Below, piece after piece: positions 47,248 to 57,861 of a stretch of 64,000 nt of DNA. The stretch lies in the NCBI GenBank assembly GCA_023819255.1, contig JAMWBU010000004.1, positions 1,418-65,417 on the forward strand. Reading direction: 5' to 3'. The number at the start of each line of letters is the position of its first letter. Position 1 is the first letter of the stretch. The position numbers and the translations under genes are program-made. Under the pieces are notes generated by a model, which saw only the letters and a list, made by a program, of their open reading frames with translations, did not search any database and was not told where the DNA came from. Origin of the DNA: Candidatus Omnitrophota bacterium (lineage in GTDB: Bacteria; Ratteibacteria; UBA8468; B48-G9; DTJG01).

Positions 47248-48878
47248 ATATACTTGGTGTAAGCAGAAAATACCGACTTATCAATCGTGTGCGCATAGTG
47301 TTAAGGGTGCTGGTCAAACATGGACTTGGATATTTTTTGGACAGGATTTTCAAAGAACCAAGTTTAAGGGTTCTGCGTTTTCATCGAATTTCTGCAAAAA
47401 GGCAATATCTCACACCCGCGCAAAGATTATGTTCTGTTATTGAGGAGCTTGGACCAACATACATAAAAATCGGGCAATTTTTTAGCACAAGAGCCGACAT
47501 ACTGCCAGAAAATTTTCTTAAGGAACTTTCCAAACTTCAGGATAATGTCTCGCCTTTTCCTTTTGAAAAAGTTGAAAAGACGATTAACGAAGATTTTGAA
47601 AGGCCCATGCATGAAATCTTTTCAGAGTTTTCAGAAAAACCGATGTTTTCCGCTTCCATCGGGCAGGTTCATTTTGCAAGACTTGTTTCTGGAGAAACGT
47701 GTGTTGTTAAAGTCCGAAGACCGGGAGTGGAGGAGGCCATTGCTGAAGATGTCGAAGTTTTAACAGAGATATCTAAACTGGCCGCCAAGCATATTCCTGA
47801 ATTAAAAAAATGGAATATTTCAGAATTACTTGAAGAAGTTGGAGAATTTTTGAAAAGGCAGATAGATTTTATTTATGAGGCGGGTATGATGGAGAAATTG
47901 AAGGATTACTATGGCAGATCAAATATCATGGTTCCTCGCGTATTTTGGGATTTTACGTCAAAACGGGTGCTTACAATGGAAAAAATACACGGGATCAAAA
48001 TACTGGATGTTGTTGCTGACAAAAGTGATGTTTCCAGTCGTCTTGTAAAAGGATTGTTTGAGACTCTTTTTGAAACAGGTTATTTCCACGCTGATCTGCA
48101 TCCGGGCAATATACTGATCACAGACAAGGGTGGTATTGCTTTTGTCGATTTTGGTCTTGTGGGTTATTTTTCTTTTGAGAAAAGGAAATTGCTTGCTGCG
48201 ATTATTTCAGGCGTTCTTAAAGGAAAAACTGCAGAAGTGATACCTCATATAAAAAAGCTTTTTGGAATATCATACAAAGTTCCAGAAACTTTTGAGAGGG
48301 ACGTCGGTTTTATTGTTGATAAATACGGTTCTCTTCCGCTTAAAAAGGTTCATCTTGCGAACATTATTTATGATCTGATGCGCATGGCACGAAAGATGAG
48401 CATTAGACTTGATTCTGATGTTGGACTTCTCGCAAAAAATTTAATGAGTCTTGAAGCAATCTGTGCCAGACTCAGCCCATCTGAAAGCATGCTTGATCTT
48501 AGCAAGACGTACTGGCAACCACTGCTGGACAAAGGAATCTTTCAACATTTATGGCTGGAAGACATAAAAAATGTTTTAATATCCTATAAAAACATCATAA
48601 TGGAGTTACCCGAAACGTGGGAAGAATTTGTAGGGCTTAACAGAGAAAGAGTCGAAACAGAACAAAAAATTAGCCGCCAGCTCGAGAAGTACACCAGGAG
48701 CATTGAACACGCGGGAACTAAAATAAGTTTTGCCATTTTTCTTTTGCCTGTTTTGGCATTTATTATAATTTCAGGCATTAAATATCTGAGGCCTGGCATG
48801 TTTATACTTTTGTTAACAGTGTTCATTGTGCTGATCGCCATTTTATTAAAGATGACAACGCAGGAGTCAGATGAATGA
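47244..48878 (+). CDS. ABC1/UbiB/AarF-family atypical protein kinase
   Basis: LGPTYIKIGQ, LQDNV, ASIGQVH, VVKVRRP, FHADLHPGN, DFG, two C-terminal TM helices. Confidence 0.92.
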   Translation: MNILGVSRKYRLINRVRIVLRVLVKHGLGYFLDRIFKEPSLRVLRFHRISAKRQYLTPAQRLCSVIEELGPTYIKIGQFFSTRADILPENFLKELSKLQDNVSPFPFEKVEKTINEDFERPMHEIFSEFSEKPMFSASIGQVHFARLVSGETCVVKVRRPGVEEAIAEDVEVLTEISKLAAKHIPELKKWNISELLEEVGEFLKRQIDFIYEAGMMEKLKDYYGRSNIMVPRVFWDFTSKRVLTMEKIHGIKILDVVADKSDVSSRLVKGLFETLFETGYFHADLHPGNILITDKGGIAFVDFGLVGYFSFEKRKLLAAIISGVLKGKTAEVIPHIKKLFGISYKVPETFERDVGFIVDKYGSLPLKKVHLANIIYDLMRMARKMSIRLDSDVGLLAKNLMSLEAICARLSPSESMLDLSKTYWQPLLDKGIFQHLWLEDIKNVLISYKNIIMELPETWEEFVGLNRERVETEQKISRQLEKYTRSIEHAGTKISFAIFLLPVLAFIIISGIKYLRPGMFILLLTVFIVLIAILLKMTTQESDE

Positions 48879-49866
48879 TTTTATCGATGAAGTGAAAATA
48901 TGGATAAAGGCAGGGGATGGAGGACCTGGTTGCGTTGCGTTCAGAAGGGAAAAGTTTGTTCCAAGAGGCGGGCCTTCTGGCGGCAATGGCGGCAATGGCG
49001 GTTCTATCTATTTCAAAGCATCTAGCAATGTCAAGACATTGCGTCAATATTATTACCGCAGGCATTTCAAAGCAGAAAGCGGCAAGCCAGGGGAAGGGAA
49101 TAACCGCACAGGCGCAGATGGTATGGACCTTATTCTTAAAGTGCCGGTGGGAACAATTGTGATTGAGATAAGAGAAGGAGAAAAAGAAGTGATTATCGCA
49201 GACCTGGATAAAGAGGGTTCAGAAGTGCTCGTTGCAAAAGGTGGCCGTGGTGGAAGAGGAAATGCAAGTTTCAAAAGTTCTATAAATCAGGCTCCTCGAA
49301 TAGCGATGCCAGGTGGTTATGGCGAAGAGAAATTTGTGAAACTTGAACTCAAACTTATCGCTGATGTCGGCATTATTGGTTGTCCCAATGCCGGCAAATC
49401 CACATTGCTTTCAATAATTTCCAATGCTAAACCAAAAATAGCCGAGTATCCTTTCACGACATTGAACCCTAATCTTGGTGTGGTTGACCTTGGAGACGGA
49501 AGACAGTTTATTGCCGCTGACATACCCGGGCTTATTCAGGGCGCATCGTGTGGCGCGGGACTCGGGATCAAATTTTTGCGACATATTGAAAGGACAAGAC
49601 TTCTTATTCATCTTATTGACCTTTCTTTGCATGATGTTGCTAAAAGGTATTATAATATAAGAGATGAAATGGGTTATTATAACCAGTCGCTTCTTGAAAA
49701 ACCCGAAATTGTTGTAGGCACAAAAATAGATTTGCCTGAAAGCAAAAAAAACATTCAAGAACTGAAAAAGGTTGCAAATGCTTTTTTTCTTATCTCCTGT
49801 ATGACCAACGAAGGCATTAAGCCATTACTCGAAGAAATCTGGAAAAGATTGCTCAGTTTAGGATAA
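48871..49866 (+). CDS. obgE: GTPase ObgE/CgtA
   Basis: FIDEV, FRREKFVPRGGP, GCPNAGKST, YPFTT, DIPG. Confidence 0.96.
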   Translation: MNDFIDEVKIWIKAGDGGPGCVAFRREKFVPRGGPSGGNGGNGGSIYFKASSNVKTLRQYYYRRHFKAESGKPGEGNNRTGADGMDLILKVPVGTIVIEIREGEKEVIIADLDKEGSEVLVAKGGRGGRGNASFKSSINQAPRIAMPGGYGEEKFVKLELKLIADVGIIGCPNAGKSTLLSIISNAKPKIAEYPFTTLNPNLGVVDLGDGRQFIAADIPGLIQGASCGAGLGIKFLRHIERTRLLIHLIDLSLHDVAKRYYNIRDEMGYYNQSLLEKPEIVVGTKIDLPESKKNIQELKKVANAFFLISCMTNEGIKPLLEEIWKRLLSLG

Positions 49867-49881
49867 GTGAGGAACGATTTT

Positions 49882-50991
49882 ATGGAATCAACGTTGAAAG
49901 ACAAATGCATTCAGTTGCAAAGGTCTTTTGAAGAAGTGAAAAAGGCTGTTCAGTGGGAACAACAGCAGGAGAGATTTGCTGCTCTGCAACAAGAAAAAAA
50001 CTTAAAAGGTTACTGGGACCCCAGGGTGGATAGCGAGAAAATAAATCAATGGAATTATTTTATAGAAAAACAGGAAAGGATTGATAAGATAGAAAAAATG
50101 TTTGATAACTTTTTTGCAATTGCAGAACTCCTTCAAGATGGGTCTGATCCAGATCTTGAAAATGAAGCTTCTTCTATTCTCCAGCGGTTATCACAGGAAA
50201 TTGAGAATTTCAAATTAGAGGTCTATTTTTCAGAACCCGCTGACAGAAATGATGCTATTGTTACTCTTCATGCGGGCGCAGGTGGGACAGAGGCATGTGA
50301 TTGGGTAAGCATGCTTTTTCGAATGTATTCAAAATGGGCTGCGCAGAAAGGCATGAAGGTCGAAGTTGTTGACTTCTTGCCCGGGGAAGAGGCAGGACTG
50401 AAAAAAATTATGGCGGTTTTCTCAGGTAATTATGCTTATGGTTATCTCAAAGGCGAGACCGGTGTTCACCGACTTGTGAGAATTTCGCCTTTTGATGCGA
50501 ATAAAAGACGACACACAAGTTTTGCGGCTGTGAATGTTATTCCAGAAATAGAAAAGGATATTAAGATTGAAATACGAGATGAGGATATAGAACTGGAAAC
50601 ATTTCGTTCAGGTGGAAAGGGTGGTCAGAATGTGAACAAGGTTGAGACAGCTGTCAGGATAAAACACATACCTACGGGTATTGTCGTTCAGTGTCAGAGC
50701 GAAAGGAGTCAGTTCAAGAATCGTGAAACAGCAATGAAGATTTTGAGGAGTCGCCTCTATCAGATTGAGATGGAAAAAGAAAAAAAAGAGGAAGCAGAAA
50801 AGTGGGATTCTCAGAAAGAGATTGCGTGGGGAAGTCAGATAAGGTCTTATGTATTCTGTCCTTACACTATGGTAAAAGACCATAGAACTCAAGTAGAGAC
50901 AGGAAATGTTGAAGCAGTAATGGACGGTGAGATAGATGTTTTTATCAAGGCTGAAGTTGAATATCTTGCAAAGCAAAAAAATGTAAAATGA
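49882..50991 (+). CDS. prfB: Peptide chain release factor 2 (no internal frameshift)
   Basis: [17 protein letters not shown] (SPF), [11 protein letters not shown]. Confidence 0.95.
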   Translation: MESTLKDKCIQLQRSFEEVKKAVQWEQQQERFAALQQEKNLKGYWDPRVDSEKINQWNYFIEKQERIDKIEKMFDNFFAIAELLQDGSDPDLENEASSILQRLSQEIENFKLEVYFSEPADRNDAIVTLHAGAGGTEACDWVSMLFRMYSKWAAQKGMKVEVVDFLPGEEAGLKKIMAVFSGNYAYGYLKGETGVHRLVRISPFDANKRRHTSFAAVNVIPEIEKDIKIEIRDEDIELETFRSGGKGGQNVNKVETAVRIKHIPTGIVVQCQSERSQFKNRETAMKILRSRLYQIEMEKEKKEEAEKWDSQKEIAWGSQIRSYVFCPYTMVKDHRTQVETGNVEAVMDGEIDVFIKAEVEYLAKQKNVK

Positions 50992-51626
50992 AATTTCTGA
51001 TAACAGCAGGACCCACAAGAGAATATCTGGATCCTGTGAGATTCATAAGTAATCCGGCAACAGGAACGCTTGGATACTTTTTGGCAAAAAAGGCAATGGA
51101 GCGCGGGCATTCAGTGAGCGTTATTTCCGGGCCATGCAATTTTCCTGAAATAAAAGGGGTAAAAAAAATACAGGTTGAATCAGCGCTTGAAATGAAAAGC
51201 GTGGTGGAAGAAAAATTTCCATCGTGCGACGCGCTTATAATGACAGCTGCTGTTTCAGACTGGAGACCTGCAAAAAGATATGGAAAAAAATTGAAAATAA
51301 AAAAGTCGTGGAACCTTAAACTTGTTCCAAACCCGGATATTTTGAAAAGTGTGGCGAAAATAAAAAAAGTAAATCAGGTTGTTGTCGGGTTTGCTCTTGA
51401 AAGCGCCAGTATAATTGAAAATGCAAAGAAAAAACTGAGATGGAAAAAACTTGATGTGCTTGTTGCAAATACGGTTGAAAACTTTGGTGATTCATCCGGA
51501 AATAATGAGATTTTTGTTCTTTATCCTGACGGAAAGATAAAAGATTGCTCGGGATATTCCAAACGAAAATTGGCTTCCTTTTTAGTCCTTGAAATTGAAA
51601 GGCATAACAAATTGAAGCGCAAATGA
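50988..51626 (+). CDS. coaB: Phosphopantothenate--cysteine ligase (CoaB domain only)
   Basis: [34 protein letters not shown]; no N-terminal CoaC flavoprotein domain. Confidence 0.88.
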   Translation: MKFLITAGPTREYLDPVRFISNPATGTLGYFLAKKAMERGHSVSVISGPCNFPEIKGVKKIQVESALEMKSVVEEKFPSCDALIMTAAVSDWRPAKRYGKKLKIKKSWNLKLVPNPDILKSVAKIKKVNQVVVGFALESASIIENAKKKLRWKKLDVLVANTVENFGDSSGNNEIFVLYPDGKIKDCSGYSKRKLASFLVLEIERHNKLKRK

Positions 51627-52351
51627 TAAAGAAACTGAGTTTTGTTCTTGTTTTGCTTTATGCAATCCGATCTATGTGCGATTCCTCAATTAACAGGGAA
51701 ATTTTATGCAATCGAGTCGAAGGAAAAATCGTTGTGGATGGAATTATCAATGAGCCGGCATGGGAAAAAGCGGTTCCCTTAAACTTTGTCAAAATTGTAT
51801 CTCTGGACGAACCAATTTTTGCTACGATGGCCTATTGCCTTTACGATAAAAATTATATTTATTTTGCATTTTTTTGCCAGGACAGAGATATATGGGCAAC
51901 ACTTAAAAATAGAGATTCTCAACTCTGGGACCAGGATGTTGTGGAGATTTTTTTGAAGCCTGATTCTTCTGACGATTCGTTTTATGAATTTCAGATTTCT
52001 CCCAAAAATACAGTGTTGGACGCATTTGTTTTGAGGAGACTGAGGGAAAAAATGTTCACAAGGTTTGCTGAATGGAATTGCGCAGGGCTTAAATCATCTG
52101 TAAAAATAAAAGGAACATTAAACAACTGGTTTGATGATGATAATTTCTGGAGTGTCGAAGTGGCTATTCCTTTCAAAAGTTTGCTATCGAATGGCAGGAT
52201 GCCCGCAAGAAATGATGTGTGGCTTATTAACCTTGGAAGATATGATTATTCTGTCTACCTTGAAAAAGGTTTTGAAACCTCAACCAGCTGCCCGATAAAA
52301 AAGTTTGATTTTCATAGATATGAAGAATGGAGTTTTTTGAAATTCAATTGA
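51623..52351 (+). CDS. Exported carbohydrate-binding family 9-like (DOMON-type) protein
   Basis: Signal-like N-terminus, VDG-x-x-NEPAW, YD-x-x-YIY, DVVEIF, YEFQISP, WSVEVAIPF. Confidence 0.78.
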   Translation: MIKKLSFVLVLLYAIRSMCDSSINREILCNRVEGKIVVDGIINEPAWEKAVPLNFVKIVSLDEPIFATMAYCLYDKNYIYFAFFCQDRDIWATLKNRDSQLWDQDVVEIFLKPDSSDDSFYEFQISPKNTVLDAFVLRRLREKMFTRFAEWNCAGLKSSVKIKGTLNNWFDDDNFWSVEVAIPFKSLLSNGRMPARNDVWLINLGRYDYSVYLEKGFETSTSCPIKKFDFHRYEEWSFLKFN

Positions 52352-52366
52352 GGGGATTTAATTGAC

Positions 52367-54715
52367 GTGAGAAGATACGATTACAGTTCTTCAGTTGAAA
52401 AAATTGCGATAAAACAATCTGGTTTTGAACCGCGTTACCAACCGGAAGAAAAAATAAGAATTCTTGAGGTGGCTGATTTTCCCAGTCTTGGAAAAATTAC
52501 AGCACTGAGGTTTTTAGAATGGTGTAAGAAGAATCCCGCAGGCGTAGTTTCTTTGCCTACCGGCAAGACGCCAGAACATTTTATATACTGGACATCTTTT
52601 ATTCTTAAAAACTGGTTCGGAAAAGATGTTCAACGACTTCTTGATTCTTACGAAATTGATTCTAAGATCAGGCCAGTTATGTCTGATTTTATTTTTGTTC
52701 AGATAGATGAGTTTTTTCCAATGAATCCACGGCATGAAAATAGTTTTCTATGGTATATCAATAAATTTTATATTAAGGAATTTGGATTTGATGACAAAAA
52801 GGCACTTTTGATTGATGCGTGGACAACAGGATGCAAGCGCGGAAAAAATCTTGGGGAATTTTTTCCCGATGGCAGGATAGATCTATCATTAAGATACAGG
52901 CAACCCAGAAATAAACTCGAAGAGCTTCAACAAAAGGCAATTCAGCATATTGATGATTATGCGATGGAATATGAGCAAAAAATCAGAGAATATGGAGGCA
53001 TTGGATTTTTTCTCGGCGGCATCGGCCCGGATGGCCATATCGGTTTTAACATAAGGGGTTCAGACCATTTCAGCACAACTCGACTTGCACCTATCAATTA
53101 TGAAACAGCGGCAGCCGCAGCGACAGACCTTGGAGGAATAGAAGTTTCAAGGGAAAAAGTTGTTATGACAATCGGCATTGAAACAATTACATTTAACAAA
53201 ACGGCAACTGCGATTATTATTGCCGCCGGGGAAAGCAAAGCGCAGGTTGTCAGGGATGCAGTGACAAATGAGCCTTCAATTCTTTATCCAGCAAGCGCTC
53301 TTGGCATACTTGAAGGCGCGTGTTTTTACCTCACAACCGGAGCGACAAAACGTCTCACGCAAAGGACAATAAAAAAACTTGAGAAAGAGCCTGCTTTTTC
53401 TGAGATTGATTTGAAAAAAATTATTGTTGATGTTGCGCTTAAAAGCAACAAATCGCTTGAATCACTGGCTATTGCTGATTTTAGAAAAATCACGGAAGGA
53501 AATTTCCTTATAAAAAATGGAATTGATGTTGCCGTTGCTTCGAAGTCTGTTTCTCGTTCCTTTAAAGAAAAAATAAAGCGCGGCACAGAGACGATTGAAA
53601 ACACCACGTTTTTGCACACAGGCCCACATCATGATGATATAATGCTGGGTTATATGCCATACATAATTCATCTTGTAAGAACACCTTTGAACAATCATTA
53701 TTTTGCGACTCTCACCAGTGGTTTTAGTTCTGTGACAAACTCTTATGTTGTTGAGCAAATGAAAAATCTCGAATCTTTTATTTCAACTGATGAGTGCAGA
53801 CAATTACTTCAGCAAAAGTACTTCAAACCAGATGATAATAAAGCAAGGATCAGAGATGTGTATCTCTATCTTGATGGGGTTGCTGCAAATAGTGCGGATA
53901 TTCAGAACCAGGCTTCTGCGAGAAGGATGATGAGAAACATTGTTTCGATAGTCAATTCGTATAAGATATCAACGATAGAAAACAAAATTTCATGGTTTTT
54001 CAAATATTTTGCGAGCTCTTATCCTGGGAAAAAAGATATCCCGGATGTTCAACTTCTAAAAGGGATGATAAGAGAATGGGAAGAGGAACTTTTATGGGCG
54101 CATCTTGGATTTGACTGTCAGCATGTTTTTCATATGAGATTGCCTTTTTACACAGGCGACATCTTTACAAAAAAACCGCAGTTGAATCAGGACATAATGC
54201 CGATGCTGGATTTAATCGAAAAAATCAACCCTGACGTCATTACTGTAGCGATGGATCCTGAAGCAAGCGGTCCCGACACGCATTATAAGGTTTTGCAGGC
54301 AATTGCAGAAGCCATTGGACTGTATCTGAAAAAAAATCCAGGGAAAAAGATACGGGTGTGGGGCTATAGAAATGTGTGGTACAGGTTTCATCCAGCAGAG
54401 GCAGATATTATTGTGCCTGTTTCCATGAACTCATTTGCGATTATGAGAAGCGCTTTCAATATCTGTTTTGGTTCACAGAAAAGCGCATCTTTTCCAAGTT
54501 ATGAGTATGACGGACCTTTTTGCGACCTTGCTCAGAAAATTATGGCAGAACAATACGCTATGATGAAGACATGTCTGGGAAGGGAATTTTTTTATTCAAG
54601 TGAAATTCCCAGACTCAGAGCAACAAGGGGACTGGTATTTTTGAGAGAAATGGAGCCAGAAGAGTTTTTCGCTGAAGCAAGATATCTTAAACAATTGACT
54701 GAAAGCATAAAATGA
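52367..54715 (+). CDS. Glucosamine-6-phosphate deaminase (NagB)-like domain fused to an LmbE/PIG-L deacetylase-like domain
   Basis: SLPTGKTP, QIDEF, GGIGPDGHIGFN, TIG; C-terminal half has GPHHDD and DPEASGPDTHY. Confidence 0.82.
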   Translation: MRRYDYSSSVEKIAIKQSGFEPRYQPEEKIRILEVADFPSLGKITALRFLEWCKKNPAGVVSLPTGKTPEHFIYWTSFILKNWFGKDVQRLLDSYEIDSKIRPVMSDFIFVQIDEFFPMNPRHENSFLWYINKFYIKEFGFDDKKALLIDAWTTGCKRGKNLGEFFPDGRIDLSLRYRQPRNKLEELQQKAIQHIDDYAMEYEQKIREYGGIGFFLGGIGPDGHIGFNIRGSDHFSTTRLAPINYETAAAAATDLGGIEVSREKVVMTIGIETITFNKTATAIIIAAGESKAQVVRDAVTNEPSILYPASALGILEGACFYLTTGATKRLTQRTIKKLEKEPAFSEIDLKKIIVDVALKSNKSLESLAIADFRKITEGNFLIKNGIDVAVASKSVSRSFKEKIKRGTETIENTTFLHTGPHHDDIMLGYMPYIIHLVRTPLNNHYFATLTSGFSSVTNSYVVEQMKNLESFISTDECRQLLQQKYFKPDDNKARIRDVYLYLDGVAANSADIQNQASARRMMRNIVSIVNSYKISTIENKISWFFKYFASSYPGKKDIPDVQLLKGMIREWEEELLWAHLGFDCQHVFHMRLPFYTGDIFTKKPQLNQDIMPMLDLIEKINPDVITVAMDPEASGPDTHYKVLQAIAEAIGLYLKKNPGKKIRVWGYRNVWYRFHPAEADIIVPVSMNSFAIMRSAFNICFGSQKSASFPSYEYDGPFCDLAQKIMAEQYAMMKTCLGREFFYSSEIPRLRATRGLVFLREMEPEEFFAEARYLKQLTESIK

Positions 54716-54725
54716 GAGGTGCGAA

Positions 54726-56120
54726 ATGTCAATACAGAGACCAGTCATTGGAATGCTTGGCGTCACCGCGAGTCTTTATAAAAAAAAGCTTCCACAATTT
54801 GTTGAGGAACTTGAAAAACAGTACAAGAATTTTGTTCAGAAATGTTTTTCGTTTGCTGACATTGTTAGTTTTCCTGTTGCTTACGAAAGGCATATGATAG
54901 AAGAATCATATTCAAAAATGCTTCAGGCGGGCGTGGATGGCATTATTATTGTGTTTCTTTCTTACAGTCCCAGCATGATTATCGCGCCTGTTATTGAAAA
55001 AAGCCGTGTTCCGGTTCTCATATGGAACACGCAGCATCTTTTTGAGATAACTAAAAGTTTCTCAGTCAGGGATATGATAAATAATCATGGCATGCATGGG
55101 GTTCAGGATCTCGCCTGTGTTCTTTTGAGACAGAAGTCACCATTTATAATTGTCACAGGTCATTGGACCCAGAATGACACAATGTTATCTCTGGCGAACT
55201 GGTGCAGATGCGCTGCGGTTTATGGGGCTTTAAAGAGATTAAAGGTAGGCAGAATCGGAGGAAGATTTAAAGACATGGGCGATTTTTCTGTGTCGGATGA
55301 AGCCATTGGAAAAAATTTCGGCGTGGATATTGTAGACATTGAAATAGCCGAGCTGGAAAATGAAGCAAAGCAAATTTCCCGGAATGACATAGAGCAAGTA
55401 CTTAAAAACGAAAAGAAGAAGTTTATTGTTGAGATTGACAGCAGCCTTCATGAAAATTTGATCTGTACGGAGATGGCGTTAAGAAACATAATTAATAGGT
55501 ACGGACCGGGTGCACTGGCAATAAATTTTATGGCATTTAAAGGGGACTCTGCCTATAATTTAATGCCATTTTACGCTATTTCAAAACTTATTTCAGAGGG
55601 CATGGGATACGGAGGCGAAGGAGACGCCCTTTGCGCCATAAGCGTATGGATTCTCCATAAACTTGCTGGTCAGGCCGCATTTACAGAGATGTTTACCACT
55701 GATTATAAAAATAATAGAATTTTTATGTCTCACATGGGCGAAAGCAACCTTTCTATGGCAAAGAACGATGCAGAAATAAAGCTTGTTAAGAAGGATATGA
55801 GCATTGTCAACCCGGGATCCTTTACAGGAATGTTTTTATTTCAACAAAAGCCGGGAACTGTTACACTCTTTAATCTTGCTCCATGTGAAAAAGAAAAGTT
55901 TCGTTTTATTGCTGCAACAGGCCGTGTGGAAAGCAGAAAGATTTTTCCAGATATCAAAGCACCACACTTTCTGTTGAAGGTAAAAGATGATGTGAGGGAT
56001 TTTTTAACATCGTACAGCCTGTATGGAGGGACACATCATCTTGCTATGGCATACGGGGATTATAATGAGCGGCTCAGGACCCTTGCCAGTATAATCGGTC
56101 TGGAATTTTTACAAATTTAA
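54726..56120 (+). CDS. L-arabinose/L-fucose isomerase-family sugar isomerase
   Basis: AraA-like metal-ligand motifs GYGGEGD, FTEM, SHMGE, GTHH; HGMHG. Confidence 0.78.
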   Translation: MSIQRPVIGMLGVTASLYKKKLPQFVEELEKQYKNFVQKCFSFADIVSFPVAYERHMIEESYSKMLQAGVDGIIIVFLSYSPSMIIAPVIEKSRVPVLIWNTQHLFEITKSFSVRDMINNHGMHGVQDLACVLLRQKSPFIIVTGHWTQNDTMLSLANWCRCAAVYGALKRLKVGRIGGRFKDMGDFSVSDEAIGKNFGVDIVDIEIAELENEAKQISRNDIEQVLKNEKKKFIVEIDSSLHENLICTEMALRNIINRYGPGALAINFMAFKGDSAYNLMPFYAISKLISEGMGYGGEGDALCAISVWILHKLAGQAAFTEMFTTDYKNNRIFMSHMGESNLSMAKNDAEIKLVKKDMSIVNPGSFTGMFLFQQKPGTVTLFNLAPCEKEKFRFIAATGRVESRKIFPDIKAPHFLLKVKDDVRDFLTSYSLYGGTHHLAMAYGDYNERLRTLASIIGLEFLQI

Positions 56121-56123
56121 TCT

Positions 56124-57500
56124 ATGGGAAACTTTTTATCTTTTGATAGCGGTACAACCAACACCAAGGTTTTTTTGTATTCAGCAGATGGGCAGCTTTT
56201 ACAGAATACTTCGATAAAAACAGGCATTTGTTTCCCCGGGCCTCTTATGGCTGAACAGGATAGTGATGACTGGATTTCTGCCATAAGGAAAGGAATAAAG
56301 AGAATAAAACAAAAATCTGCAATAGACGGCATTTCCGGGAGTTTTCAGGGTGGAACATTTGTTTTGCTCGATAGAAATCTTGGTCCGCTCAGACCAGCGA
56401 TAACCTGGCTTGATAACAGGGCAAAATATGTTGCTCAAGAGCTCATTCAAGAATTTGGGGAAGAATTTTTCTATAAGAAAACCGGATACGTACCGGGCGG
56501 GTGGTCGTGCGTTACCATTTTAAGGTGGTTGAAGAAAAACGAACCAGAGGTATTCGGAAAAGTTGCGCGAATTTCGTTTGTTGCGGATTATGTAAATCAT
56601 TTTTTGACAGGCAATTTTGTTATTGATAAAACCAGCGCTGCAATTACCACGCTTTATAATCTGAAGGAAGAGAAGTGGGATTATGAACTTCTGGAAATAG
56701 CCGGGATAAGCAAAAACATGCTTCCTGAGATAGTTGAAGCAGATACCTCAATAGGTGGAATTAATGCATTTGCTGCAAAATCATTGGGTTTGAAATCTGG
56801 AATTCCTGTGCTTGCAGGAGGACATGACCAGTACTGTGCAAGTTTGGGCGCACGTGCTGCGGAAAAAGGCAAAATTCTTGTTTCCTGCGGAACTGCATGG
56901 GTTTTGCTTGCATCCACCACAAAACTTGTTTTTGATAGCAGAATGCGTCTTGCACCCGGTCCTCATGTCAAACAAGGTATTTACGGACTTATGGCTGCTA
57001 TGAGCAATGGCGGAGTTATATATGAATGGGGACAGAAAAATATTACGCGAAAATTCAATCTTCTTTCACATCCTTCAGGTGTTGTTGTAATACCGGATTT
57101 TAACACAGGAAACGGTGCCATTTGCGGGTTGGGTCTTTCAACAAAATCTTCAGATATAATGCGGGCAATTGTTGAAGCGCTCTGTTTTCAGGTTCGTGAG
57201 CGACTTGAAAGAATCGAAGAAATACTGCCTGAAGGAGAAAAGATAAACTGTATTGTTATGATAGGCGGAGCCGCAAAGGATACATCTCTTGCGCAATTGC
57301 TTTCAACCATTTCAGGGAAAACGGTTGTTGTCCCTGAAATAAGCGAAGCTGCCGGGTCAGGCGCGATGAGACTTTTCGGATCATTATGTGAAATTGATGA
57401 AGACAGGCGCGATAGAGTTTTCTATCCTGAAGAAAAACTTTTTGATTCTTACAGTAATATGTATGCAAGTTATCTTAATTTGAAGAAAATTTTTAATTGA
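56124..57500 (+). CDS. FGGY-family carbohydrate kinase
   Basis: FDSGTTNTK, AEQD, ITWLDNRA, GGHDQ, SCGT, IGGAA. Confidence 0.88.
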   Translation: MGNFLSFDSGTTNTKVFLYSADGQLLQNTSIKTGICFPGPLMAEQDSDDWISAIRKGIKRIKQKSAIDGISGSFQGGTFVLLDRNLGPLRPAITWLDNRAKYVAQELIQEFGEEFFYKKTGYVPGGWSCVTILRWLKKNEPEVFGKVARISFVADYVNHFLTGNFVIDKTSAAITTLYNLKEEKWDYELLEIAGISKNMLPEIVEADTSIGGINAFAAKSLGLKSGIPVLAGGHDQYCASLGARAAEKGKILVSCGTAWVLLASTTKLVFDSRMRLAPGPHVKQGIYGLMAAMSNGGVIYEWGQKNITRKFNLLSHPSGVVVIPDFNTGNGAICGLGLSTKSSDIMRAIVEALCFQVRERLERIEEILPEGEKINCIVMIGGAAKDTSLAQLLSTISGKTVVVPEISEAAGSGAMRLFGSLCEIDEDRRDRVFYPEEKLFDSYSNMYASYLNLKKIFN

Positions 57501-57524
57501 GGACTTTGCGTGCATTGAAAAGCT

Positions 57525-57815
57525 TTATGACACGATTTTCTTTTCCCATTCAAGGATAAATTTCTTGAAATCTGTTCCTAATTTATAACCACCTATCTTC
57601 TTACTGGAATATATAATTCTATGGCATGGAATTGAGATGAGATGATTATTTTTACCGAGAATTTTCCCTACTTTTCTTGGACTGATGAATCCGCACTTAG
57701 CCGCAATCATTTTATAGGTTGATGTGCTTCCAAATGGAACAAGATTGACCTGTTTGAAAACAAATTTTTCTATTTTATTTTTATCAGTCATTTTTGATAA
57801 TTTGTCATATTTCAT
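57525..57815 (-). CDS. Minimal O6-alkylguanine-DNA alkyltransferase (MGMT C-domain)
   Basis: VPFG-x-T-x-TY, PRKVG, IPCHRI, GGY. Confidence 0.82.
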   Translation of the reverse strand: MKYDKLSKMTDKNKIEKFVFKQVNLVPFGSTSTYKMIAAKCGFISPRKVGKILGKNNHLISIPCHRIIYSSKKIGGYKLGTDFKKFILEWEKKIVS

Positions 57816-57861
57816 TATTTATGTTAATATTCTCTGTCAGTTTTTTCAACAAGGGTTCAGT

